25,659 nucleotides of DNA from Promethearchaeota archaeon (GTDB lineage: Archaea > Asgardarchaeota > Lokiarchaeia > Sigyniarchaeales > SOKP01): NCBI GenBank assembly GCA_048938855.1, contig JBHLLT010000026.1, forward strand, positions 13,508-39,166, in the 5' to 3' direction. Position numbers and translations under genes: made by a program. Below, one piece after another: positions 1-7,408 of this stretch; positions within the stretch are counted from its first letter, which is position 1; the number at the start of each line of letters is the position of its first letter. A model generated the notes under the pieces. The model made no database searches. It saw only the letters and a list, made by a program, of their open reading frames with translations, and was not told the origin of the DNA.

Positions 1-722
1 ACTACATCTGGTAAGCTTTCAGTAATCTCGTCATCCCTATCAGCTAGTTTATCAGTTGCTCCTTTTTCAGAATGTTCTGTCGCCACTTCAATGTTTCCCA
101 TTAATGTAGCAAACATCCCAAGCATTCTAATTCCTGAGCGCTCTACGATTGGTTTACAACCACGACATGGAGTATTGTAATCTATACATCGTTCTTTACA
201 TTCCTTTGCAATAAAACCATTGCATAAATATCCAAGATCATTGAAACAAGTTTCTTCATCATCTAATTCAATTTGACGATGTACCTGTTCTAAATAATCG
301 CAAGTTTTTCGTCGACCGCAAACGATGCATAAATTCTTTAATTCTGGTAAATTTTCACTCTTAATTTCAGATTGTAGCTCTTCGATCTCACCTAAACAAC
401 CATTAATATTTATAACATCTTCAATTAAATCTTGACACGGTGTTACTTCATAACCTCGTTGATTTGATAAGGCAAAAACTCCTCCTGTAGTGGTACAATC
501 TCCATAAGCGATAACTTTTGTTGAATTTATCTTGATTTTATTCAAAATCTCTTTATCATTTGGTAATAAATAACCAGTGATTATAGAGACATCTGTCTTT
601 TGATCTTTCCAATTTTTAGGATCCGAAATAAATTCAACATTAAAACTTGAATCTCCTTTTAATAATATACTTTCATTAAAGCATTTATTGCATCCATTAA
701 ACTGAAATATTTTAACATCCAT
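1..722 (-). CDS. mvhG: MvhG-like Fe-S protein ([NiFe]-hydrogenase group 3c small-subunit family), 3' end truncated by window edge
   Basis: Not in the ORF track; translated by hand from ATG at 722 (11-bp overlap with the mvhD end): MDVKIFQFNGCNKCFNES...VIAYGDCTTTGGVFALSN...NGCLGE...NLCIVCGRR...TCFNDLGYLCNG...ECKERCIDYNTPCRGCKP...GIRMLG. Open to base 1. The Cys pattern fits a three-cluster hydrogenase small subunit, and it lies directly after mvhD. Confidence 0.8.
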   Translation of the reverse strand, partial: MDVKIFQFNGCNKCFNESILLKGDSSFNVEFISDPKNWKDQKTDVSIITGYLLPNDKEILNKIKINSTKVIAYGDCTTTGGVFALSNQRGYEVTPCQDLIEDVININGCLGEIEELQSEIKSENLPELKNLCIVCGRRKTCDYLEQVHRQIELDDEETCFNDLGYLCNGFIAKECKERCIDYNTPCRGCKPIVERSGIRMLGMFATLMGNIEVATEHSEKGATDKLADRDDEITESLPDV

Positions 723-1170
723 CCTTAAATGTCCCCTCCTCTCTTATTGCAGTAGCTAAACGCTCTACTAAATCTTCAAAATCTCCCACTGCTGTTTCTG
801 CTTCCGCAGCTCGTGAAGTATATTGATTTACAAATTGATCACTATACCCCAATTCTTTAAATAACTTTTTTAGAAGCTTAATTCTGTGCATTGAGAGAAT
901 ATTCCCATTAAAGAAATGACATGCTCCCAAGCAGCATCCTATGCAAGCAACTGCATCGGCTCCATTATTAAGTGCATCCATAATTTGAATTGGACCAACT
1001 TGACCGGTACATTGAACTCTAACGATGCGTATTGCTGGATTGTAAGACATTCTAGCCACACCAGCAGTATTAGCAGAACCTTGACCGCATTCATTACACA
1101 TGAAAACTACTATATTTTCCATTTTTTTGAGCACTTCTGGCTCGATAATTTTACATTCTGTCTCAGTCAT
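712..1170 (-). CDS. mvhD: MvhD/FlpD [2Fe-2S] hydrogenase delta subunit
   Basis: Motifs FMCNEC, AGVARMSY, IRIVRVQCTG, GADAV, GCCLGACHFFNGN. Start moved from 1209 to ATG 1170 (MTETEC), which follows a GGAGGTG SD and overlaps the hdrA stop (ATGACTGA). Confidence 0.9.
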   Translation of the reverse strand: MTETECKIIEPEVLKKMENIVVFMCNECGQGSANTAGVARMSYNPAIRIVRVQCTGQVGPIQIMDALNNGADAVACIGCCLGACHFFNGNILSMHRIKLLKKLFKELGYSDQFVNQYTSRAAEAETAVGDFEDLVERLATAIREEGTFKDGC

Positions 1171-3196
1171 CTGCGCATACACCTCCGCCTGATAAGGCAA
1201 TAATTTCATCTAATAGTTGATTATCCCTAAAGTTTAACAGTTGGATCGCTCCTGTTGGACATGCAGGCATACACATTCCACATGATTTGCACGCTACTTC
1301 ATTAATCATTGGTGTTCCATCGTCATTTATTTGAATAGCTGCTGGAGAACAAACAGTTTTACACAGCCCACATCTAACGCATAGATCCAAATCCACAGAT
1401 GGGATCAGCATTTCCTTTTCAATATATCCTTTCACTAGTGGAGCTGCAGCGATTGCTGCGGCACTACCCGCTTGAGCTACAGATTCTGAAATGTCTTTAG
1501 GACCTTGAATTGCACCCGCTAAGAAAATGCCTCCTTTGCTGCTCAGTGTTGGATTCATTTTAATATGAAATTCTTTAAGAAATCCTTCTTTTGAACGGAG
1601 GACTTGTAATTTTGAACCTAAAGGACCAATTCCCTCGGGTGGCACCATAGCTGCAGAGAGTACAACCAAATCGCCATTAAGCCTTAAAGGTGTTTGACTT
1701 AGAGTATCTTCAACGCTAACACTTAACTCTCCTGAGATAGGATCTTTAATGATCTCTGAAGGTCTTCCTCTAATGAATCGTACTCCAACTTCTTGAGCTG
1801 ATTTGTATAGTTCTTCGAAATTTAACCCTGGAGTTCTTACATCAATATAACATATGGTAACATTTGTATTAGGATACATTTCTTTTATAATTCTTGCATT
1901 TTTTACAGCAAACTTACAGCATACTCCAGTACAATATTTATTCCCCACCTGATCGTTTCTACTACCTACACATTGAATCATAACTACATTTTTTGGAATT
2001 TTCGCATCAGATGGTCTTAATACTTGACTGTTAGTAAGTGATCCAGGAGCTAACATTCGTTCCAGCTGTAGTTGGGTAATAACATTTTCATATCCTTCTT
2101 GTTTATAATGATAAGGTTCAATTTCAGAAGGATCATATTCATCATAACCCGCAGCAACTACTATTGAACCCACTTTAAATGTCTTCGTTTCTGGTTGCAT
2201 CGAAAAATCGATTGCTTGAACTGGACACACGTTTATACAGGTATTACATTCAATACATACTTTCTTATCTCTAACATAAGTAGCTGGTATTGCTTGTGGA
2301 TACGCTTTATATATTGCATTTCTCATCGAGATTCCGCTATCCCATTCACTGGGAACTTCCACTGGGCAATGTGCAGCACATTCGCCACATGAAGTACAAT
2401 TGTCTTTTACGTATCTTGGCTTGATTTCGATTTCAACTTCGAAATTTCCCATCGAACCTTCAACATTTTTAATTTGGGCATTAGTATATAATTCTATTAA
2501 GGGATGATTGGCAACTCCATTGGTTAATGGAGAGATTGAGCATTGTGGACATTCTAATGTTGGAAATGTTTTATTTAACTGTGTCATGTGACCTCCAATA
2601 GTCGAATTTCGTTCAACTAAATAAACTGGAATACCTAATTCCGCCATATCATTAGCAGATCTAAGCCCTGCTATACCTGCACCTATAACAAGTGCAGCTT
2701 TCGTGGTAGGTAGCTTCCTAGTTTCAACGTCTTCTAATTTTCTTGCTCTATTAACTCCTGCTTCTACAAGCTTCATTGCTTTATCTGTTGCTCTTTCTTT
2801 CTCTTTTTGATGAACCCAACTGCAATATTCTCGTACATTTACTTGCTGATGCCTATGTTTATTCAAGCCCATTTCTTCAATTGCTTTAGCGAATGTTCTC
2901 CCATGTTGATTCTTAGAACAAGATGCTACAACAGTTCTATTTACACCTAATTCTTTAATGGAATCCTTAACCATTTGTACTCCGGGTTTTGAACACATAA
3001 ACATATAATGTTCCGCTTTAACAACATTTGGTAATGTTGAAGCGTATTCAGCAACTTTAGCCACATCTACTGTTCCTGCTATATTATGTCCACAATGACA
3101 TACAAAAACTCCAATCTTTGGTTCATCACTCTCAGTATCTGCAACCTTTTCCCCTAAACTTTTGGTATTTTCTATTTTTTCTTCTTTTACAGTCAA
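1163..3196 (-). CDS. hdrA: Heterodisulfide reductase subunit A (FAD/Fe-S, full-length methanogen type)
   Basis: IGVFVCHCGHNIAG, REYCSWVH, FAD motif LVIGAGIAG, KTFPTLECPQC, inserted 2x[4Fe-4S] ferredoxin (CTSCGECAAHCP, CIECNTCINVCP), QCVGSR...YCTGVCC, GPKDI, C-terminal ferredoxin (CVRCGLC, CKSCGMCMPACP). TTG start preceded by GAGGAGG. Confidence 0.97.
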   Translation of the reverse strand: MTVKEEKIENTKSLGEKVADTESDEPKIGVFVCHCGHNIAGTVDVAKVAEYASTLPNVVKAEHYMFMCSKPGVQMVKDSIKELGVNRTVVASCSKNQHGRTFAKAIEEMGLNKHRHQQVNVREYCSWVHQKEKERATDKAMKLVEAGVNRARKLEDVETRKLPTTKAALVIGAGIAGLRSANDMAELGIPVYLVERNSTIGGHMTQLNKTFPTLECPQCSISPLTNGVANHPLIELYTNAQIKNVEGSMGNFEVEIEIKPRYVKDNCTSCGECAAHCPVEVPSEWDSGISMRNAIYKAYPQAIPATYVRDKKVCIECNTCINVCPVQAIDFSMQPETKTFKVGSIVVAAGYDEYDPSEIEPYHYKQEGYENVITQLQLERMLAPGSLTNSQVLRPSDAKIPKNVVMIQCVGSRNDQVGNKYCTGVCCKFAVKNARIIKEMYPNTNVTICYIDVRTPGLNFEELYKSAQEVGVRFIRGRPSEIIKDPISGELSVSVEDTLSQTPLRLNGDLVVLSAAMVPPEGIGPLGSKLQVLRSKEGFLKEFHIKMNPTLSSKGGIFLAGAIQGPKDISESVAQAGSAAAIAAAPLVKGYIEKEMLIPSVDLDLCVRCGLCKTVCSPAAIQINDDGTPMINEVACKSCGMCMPACPTGAIQLLNFRDNQLLDEIIALSGGGVCADD

Positions 3197-3197
3197 A

Positions 3198-4115
3198 TTA
3201 TACCGCCTCCTCTTCTTTTGTTACCTTAACTCCTCCAAAAATGTAATCCTTCCCCATTAATTGATATTGTAGACCAATGAATTCTTGATCCATTCCCATA
3301 CAATATGCTGTTAATTGAGAAAGATGAATTACTGGATAATCATAATTACAATTCTTATTTTTATTCAAATAGTCTTGTCCAGTCTCAAATTGCAGATGAC
3401 AAAATGGACAAATATCTAAAATGAAATCTGGTTTTACCTCATCAATATTTTTCATCTTTTCCCCAAAAATAGTCATACTAGCATTTCCATTATAGGCTTT
3501 GACACCTCCTCCCGCACCGCAACAAGTTAATTGTTCCTTGAATCTTACAGATTGAATCCCTAAAGCATCAACGAATTCTTCGATAATTGTTGGTCCTTCT
3601 GAGCTTTCAATTTCTCTAATTCTTGTTGGTTTGAGAAAATGACATCCATAATGTATTGCAGCTTTTGCGTTAACCTTTCGAACTATATGTTCTTCTATTC
3701 CCCATGGGCCAATTTCATATCCTAAAACCTCAGCAACATGTCGAACGTTGATAGTCCCCTTAAACTCATAATCCCCGATAAGTTTTAATCTATCATTTAC
3801 CATATTTCGATGTTCTTCATTTTCTTTTAAGTGTTTGTTGACTTCTTGGAGAGTACCAAAACATCCATTACAAACAGTTAAAATATCCGCATCCAACTGT
3901 TCAGCAATACACAAATTTCTTGCTGCAGTAACCATCCAATCAACTTTATTAAACGATCGGAAGACTCCTGGTGCAGGGCAACACGTTGCTCTTTCCATAT
4001 CTAAAATTTCATATCCTAATTTTTCCATTACAAATTTTGTTGATTTTTCAATCGCAGGATATCGATTTGGCATAATGCAACCTAAAAAGAACGCAAAAGT
4101 GTTTTCTTTGACCAT
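3198..4115 (-). CDS. hdrB: Heterodisulfide reductase subunit B (two CCG domains)
   Basis: AFFLGCIMPNRYP, CCPAPGVFRSF, VCNGCFGTL, HYGCHFLKP, CCGAGGGV, CPFCHLQF, PVIHLSQL: the non-cubane [4Fe-4S] ligand sets. Confidence 0.97.
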   Translation of the reverse strand: MVKENTFAFFLGCIMPNRYPAIEKSTKFVMEKLGYEILDMERATCCPAPGVFRSFNKVDWMVTAARNLCIAEQLDADILTVCNGCFGTLQEVNKHLKENEEHRNMVNDRLKLIGDYEFKGTINVRHVAEVLGYEIGPWGIEEHIVRKVNAKAAIHYGCHFLKPTRIREIESSEGPTIIEEFVDALGIQSVRFKEQLTCCGAGGGVKAYNGNASMTIFGEKMKNIDEVKPDFILDICPFCHLQFETGQDYLNKNKNCNYDYPVIHLSQLTAYCMGMDQEFIGLQYQLMGKDYIFGGVKVTKEEEAV

Positions 4116-4119
4116 TTTT

Positions 4120-4677
4120 TTATTTCTCCTCCTTTTCCTTCTTCTCCTCCTTGACAGGAGGTAAATCGAACATGAATTTTTCTATATTTTTTAAATCTTT
4201 ATCATCTCCTTCCTGCTTAAATTTAAATGCAGTAGGAGGTAATTCTTCTAAACCTAATTCAACTCGTCGTTTTCTTGTTTCGTCATTTATCGGTACTGCA
4301 TGTCCAAAATTCTTTAAATAACCTACTACCGCTCTATGATTAGGAGAAATATTCCCTAACTTAGTAGCATAATTACGTAATTCCATTATTACATCTGTAG
4401 GCCTCACATCACGCGGACATCGCTCATAACATTGATAACACGTAGTACAAAGCCAAATATCAGGATCCATTAATACTGATAAATCTCCTAAAACTACTTT
4501 TCTCACAATTGAACGAGTCTTTAAAGCAGTCCATCTTCCACTTTCACAGCTTGCGGTACATGTACCACATTGGATGCACTGCCAAATATTTGATTTTCTC
4601 TCAATATTTTTGAAAAAATCTTGATCAAAATCTTTATCTGTTTTATACTCACGGTGTTCTTCTTTTACATCAGACAT
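4120..4677 (-). CDS. hdrC: Heterodisulfide reductase subunit C (2x[4Fe-4S])
   Basis: CIQCGTCTASCESG and IWLCTTCYQCYERCPR ferredoxin motifs; C-terminal GHAVPIN...ELGLEELPPT typical of HdrC; adjacent to hdrB. Confidence 0.95.
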   Translation of the reverse strand: MSDVKEEHREYKTDKDFDQDFFKNIERKSNIWQCIQCGTCTASCESGRWTALKTRSIVRKVVLGDLSVLMDPDIWLCTTCYQCYERCPRDVRPTDVIMELRNYATKLGNISPNHRAVVGYLKNFGHAVPINDETRKRRVELGLEELPPTAFKFKQEGDDKDLKNIEKFMFDLPPVKEEKKEKEEK

Positions 4678-4698
4678 TTACCATCACTTTTTTAAATA

Positions 4699-4720
4699 TA
4701 TATAAAATAAAAAAAAAAAA
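4699..4720 (-). terminator. Oligo-T (T12) archaeal terminator-like tract after dsrE2, followed by a TATA-like TTTATATA
   Basis: A12 at 4709-4720 on + is T12 on the coding strand, 15 nt after the dsrE2 stop. TTTATATA at 4706-4699 starts 29 nt upstream of the hdrC ATG. Confidence 0.45.
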
Positions 4721-4735
4721 TTGTTAATTTTTAGC

Positions 4736-5161
4736 TTATAGAGAGACTATTCTGCCTCCATTACTCATTTCTAAAAATGAGGCTGCTCCAACTGGTGCTT
4801 CCGCAATATCTATTATATCTTCAACTTTAATCCCCATTAAATCCATAGTCATTTGACATGGATATAATTTTAAATTACCATTTTCAACGCCATCTTTAAT
4901 TAAAGCCCATGGATCTTCAATTCCAAACTTTTTCATCCTTTTTCTGAAAATTTTAGCTCCCATACCTTTCATAGGAGTTGGCATCCCAGCGACTTTAGGT
5001 TTAAAATTTTTTGTTATTAAATTCAAACCCCAAAAGGTAAAGAAAAAGTTCATTTTCATATCCATAGCATCACCTGTTGAACCAAGGATAGCCATCATAG
5101 CAAACTTCTCGAATGATTTATCCTTAACAATAAAATTTATTGTTTCACCATTTTCAGCCAC
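4736..5161 (-). CDS. DsrE2-family (DrsE_2) sulfurtransferase/peroxiredoxin-like protein
   Basis: FFFTFWGL and YPCQMTMDLMGI motifs, VGAASFL. Start placed at GTG 5161 behind AGGTGG; the ORF track uses GTG 5170. Confidence 0.88.
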   Translation of the reverse strand: MAENGETINFIVKDKSFEKFAMMAILGSTGDAMDMKMNFFFTFWGLNLITKNFKPKVAGMPTPMKGMGAKIFRKRMKKFGIEDPWALIKDGVENGNLKLYPCQMTMDLMGIKVEDIIDIAEAPVGAASFLEMSNGGRIVSL

Positions 5162-5287
5162 ATTTACCACCTTTTTATATTTTTTTTCGGAAATTTCCTT
5201 TTTTTTTTTTTGTTTAATTCTATTATTTTTCTGGTTTTAACCAGTATTTTTCAAAAAATTTTTTGAATTTGTTTTACTCATTTCTTA

Positions 5288-5629
5288 CTACATCCAAGAT
5301 ATTATTTTTGGTGTAGCATCTATCACATCGATTAGATCGTCATATTCTATAGATCTGATTTTATCATGAATGTATTCTGGAGATATACCGCGAGCTTTCA
5401 TATCTGATCTCATAGCAAATACAGTTATCCCTAACTCAAGAAGTTCTTCCATTTGGCTTGGAATCTTTCCCTTTTTCATTATGCCTATCACACCATCTTG
5501 AATTAGAACTAATCCAAGTTTTGTATTATTTTTGATTTGACTTTTTATAATAGGTAACAATATCTTTAACTGATTCCCTGTCAATCCACTAAATCCAAAC
5601 AAATATATAACATCGAGATTTTCTGTCAT
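5288..5629 (-). CDS. DsrH/TusB-family sulfur relay protein
   Basis: LVLIQDGV, DMKARGI, IEYDDLIDVI, terminal ISWM; third gene of a dsrEFH-like trio. Confidence 0.88.
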   Translation of the reverse strand: MTENLDVIYLFGFSGLTGNQLKILLPIIKSQIKNNTKLGLVLIQDGVIGIMKKGKIPSQMEELLELGITVFAMRSDMKARGISPEYIHDKIRSIEYDDLIDVIDATPKIISWM

Positions 5630-5645
5630 CTTTTCCTATCCTCCC

Positions 5646-6014
5646 TTAATATCTAAAACACGTGTCTGCTTTTGCAATTAAATCTGCTAATTCATCATAT
5701 CCAATAATGTTCAAGTTTTCAAATTCAATCAAATCATCTTTTGATATTCCAGCATCGCTTAACGCGGATTCAATAAGATACACTTCCAAATCAGATAATT
5801 CAGCGATTTCTAAGACCTCTGCTAAGGAATCCATCCCGACAGCCTCGGGATCGCAATTTTTATTAAATAAATACACTGCATCTCCAGTAAACACAATTTT
5901 ACAGTCTATGAATTCTCCTAACGCTGTAAATCCAGAACCAATTCTGATTGCTTCAATTGCATAATTTTTGCCAATAGGCGATTGATCACTTATTATGACC
6001 ACAGATTCTACCAT
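5646..6014 (-). CDS. DsrF/TusC-family sulfur relay protein
   Basis: SPIG..AIEAIRIG, VFTGDAVYLF, ELADLIAKAD. Start moved to ATG 6014 after a GGAGGT SD. Confidence 0.85.
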   Translation of the reverse strand: MVESVVIISDQSPIGKNYAIEAIRIGSGFTALGEFIDCKIVFTGDAVYLFNKNCDPEAVGMDSLAEVLEIAELSDLEVYLIESALSDAGISKDDLIEFENLNIIGYDELADLIAKADTCFRY

Positions 6015-6018
6015 TTTT

Positions 6019-6387
6019 TTAACCTCCTGCTCCAAATACAATTAATTTATCGGCATTAATTGCCCAGTTTGAAAAATCCCCCAATCCTTCTTCGGAGGCT
6101 CCTTCAATGAATTCTGTTTCTTTTAGACCAGTTATACTAACCCATGTACTACATCCAGCAATTGGAATTTTGTTCTCAGTAGCAAATTTTTCAATTTTAA
6201 TGGGGATATTTCTTAAGGTATTTCCACAACTAATGTCCTTTTTAATATTGTAAACTCCGGTTCCAAAGAAAAATATCCCTGTTATCTCATGTCCCTTTCT
6301 TAATGCAGCTTTTCCTATCTCAATCAAAGAATCTACTGCTTGATATTTATAAGGTTCTGTGCTAATAAAGAAAACATATTTGGACAT
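6019..6387 (-). CDS. DsrE/TusD-family sulfurtransferase
   Basis: EPY, AALRKGHEITGIFFFGTGVYN, active-site-position Cys in IAGCSTW, GLGDF, ADKLIVF. Confidence 0.9.
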   Translation of the reverse strand: MSKYVFFISTEPYKYQAVDSLIEIGKAALRKGHEITGIFFFGTGVYNIKKDISCGNTLRNIPIKIEKFATENKIPIAGCSTWVSITGLKETEFIEGASEEGLGDFSNWAINADKLIVFGAGG

Positions 6388-6414
6388 AATATCTCTTTAC
6401 TCCTTATGACGCAT

Positions 6415-6639
6415 TTAAGCCTTTTTAATAACGAAAATTAAATTTCCATTATCTTCTCTAAGTTCTACTAATTCATCTCCAATCTTATTGAGAAGAGCTG
6501 GAATATCCTTTTTAGCACCAACATCATCAACAATTACTTCAATAACTTGCCCAGAAGTTAAGTTTTTTAACTCCTTCTTCGTTTTCAGTACTGGCATTGG
6601 ACACTTTAAACCAGTATAATCAAATTTTTTATCAACCAT
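6415..6639 (-). CDS. tusA: TusA-family sulfur carrier protein
   Basis: 74 aa, DYTGLKCPMPVLKTKKEL (CPxP), GQVIEVIVDD, DIPA. Confidence 0.95.
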   Translation of the reverse strand: MVDKKFDYTGLKCPMPVLKTKKELKNLTSGQVIEVIVDDVGAKKDIPALLNKIGDELVELREDNGNLIFVIKKA

Positions 6640-6700
6640 TTTTTTCTCACTTTTATTTTTATACTTTTTTATAACTTTTTATTTACAATTCATAATTTTT

Positions 6701-6738
6701 TTTGTACTATATATTACAAACGTAAACTCATATTTAAA
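6701..6738 (-). promoter_or_regulatory. Putative tusA-cluster promoter (TTTAAATA) with a 20-bp near-palindromic operator over the expected start site
   Basis: TATA-like TTTAAATA at 6738-6731 on the minus strand; TTTGTACTATATATTACAAA (6701-6720) matches its reverse complement at 18/20 positions. Confidence 0.45.
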
Positions 6739-6815
6739 GTAACCATACATAGTATAAAAATATTCCCAAAAAAAAGCACAAATAATTATATATATTTATA
6801 AAGGGATATCACAAA

Positions 6816-6848
6816 CAAAAAGTTTATATTAATATTCTCATATTAATA
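6816..6848 (+). promoter_or_regulatory. Putative BRE/TATA promoter of the Lrp/AsnC gene with an overlapping inverted repeat
   Basis: CAAAAAG-TTTATAT (purine-rich BRE plus TATA), then TATTAATAT-TCTC-ATATTAATA (6827-6848). Confidence 0.35.
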
Positions 6849-6900
6849 AGTAGAAAAGTAGAAATTATTGATTTCATAATTATACCTTTAAAATAAAAAA

Positions 6901-7368
6901 ATGACAGAAATAATAGAGTTAGATGATTTAGATAAACAAATACTGAGTATACTCCAAAATAATGCGAAAGCTTCGCTTCGTGATATTGAGAAAGAGATTC
7001 AATTAACCCCGACTTCTATTAGAATGCGGATTAACCGTCTTAAAGAAAAGAAAGTAATAAAGCAATATGTTACACTTATTGATTGTCGATATTTAGGATA
7101 TCGAGAGATGGTAATGGCATCACTTCGAGTAAATTCATCGTATCCCTTAGAGGATCTTAAGAGAAAAATAGAGCTCATGGATAAGATAAAGTATGCGTAT
7201 ATAATTACTGGGGAATATCCATTGTTCATTATGGCAAAATGTCTTAATCATCAAGATTCTATGGGACTTATTGAAAATCTACGAAATCTTCCAGGAGTAG
7301 AGGAAGTCAAAACTCAAATTGTATTGGATAAAATTAAAGAAGATCCATCTGTAATTATTCCTGAGTAA
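6901..7368 (+). CDS. Lrp/AsnC family transcriptional regulator
   Basis: LDDLDKQILSILQNNAKASLRDI...RINRLKEKKVIKQY HTH; C-terminal RAM domain (YIITGEYP, LPGVEEVKTQIVL). Confidence 0.95.
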   Translation: MTEIIELDDLDKQILSILQNNAKASLRDIEKEIQLTPTSIRMRINRLKEKKVIKQYVTLIDCRYLGYREMVMASLRVNSSYPLEDLKRKIELMDKIKYAYIITGEYPLFIMAKCLNHQDSMGLIENLRNLPGVEEVKTQIVLDKIKEDPSVIIPE

Positions 7369-7408
7369 TAAGAATTCTTTTATATTTTCCCTTCTCCTTA
7401 TCAGAATA

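Noticed and set aside
5231-5244. Possible SurR-type site (GTT-n3-AAC)
   Set aside because: Spacing here is n2 and no SurR-like gene is in the window.
6019-6033. DsrE ends in Gly-Gly like ubiquitin/ThiS/MoaD sulfur carriers
   Set aside because: The codons GGA GGT are the SD of dsrF; hdrA shows the same effect (GGGV). The protein has a DsrE fold, not a beta-grasp.
1-6639. Selenocysteine recoding in HdrA, MvhD or DsrE (families with known Sec forms)
   Set aside because: All relevant positions are Cys codons with no in-frame TGA. The hdrA TGA falls at the normal C-terminus, overlapping the mvhD start. I saw no convincing SECIS.
1163-6639. Classifying the cluster as the known sHdr sulfur-oxidation system or as evidence of methanogenesis
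   Set aside because: Full-length HdrA, single B and C subunits, Mvh subunits and no lbpA argue against sHdr. No mcr/mtr genes are in the window, and Hdr is common in non-methanogens.
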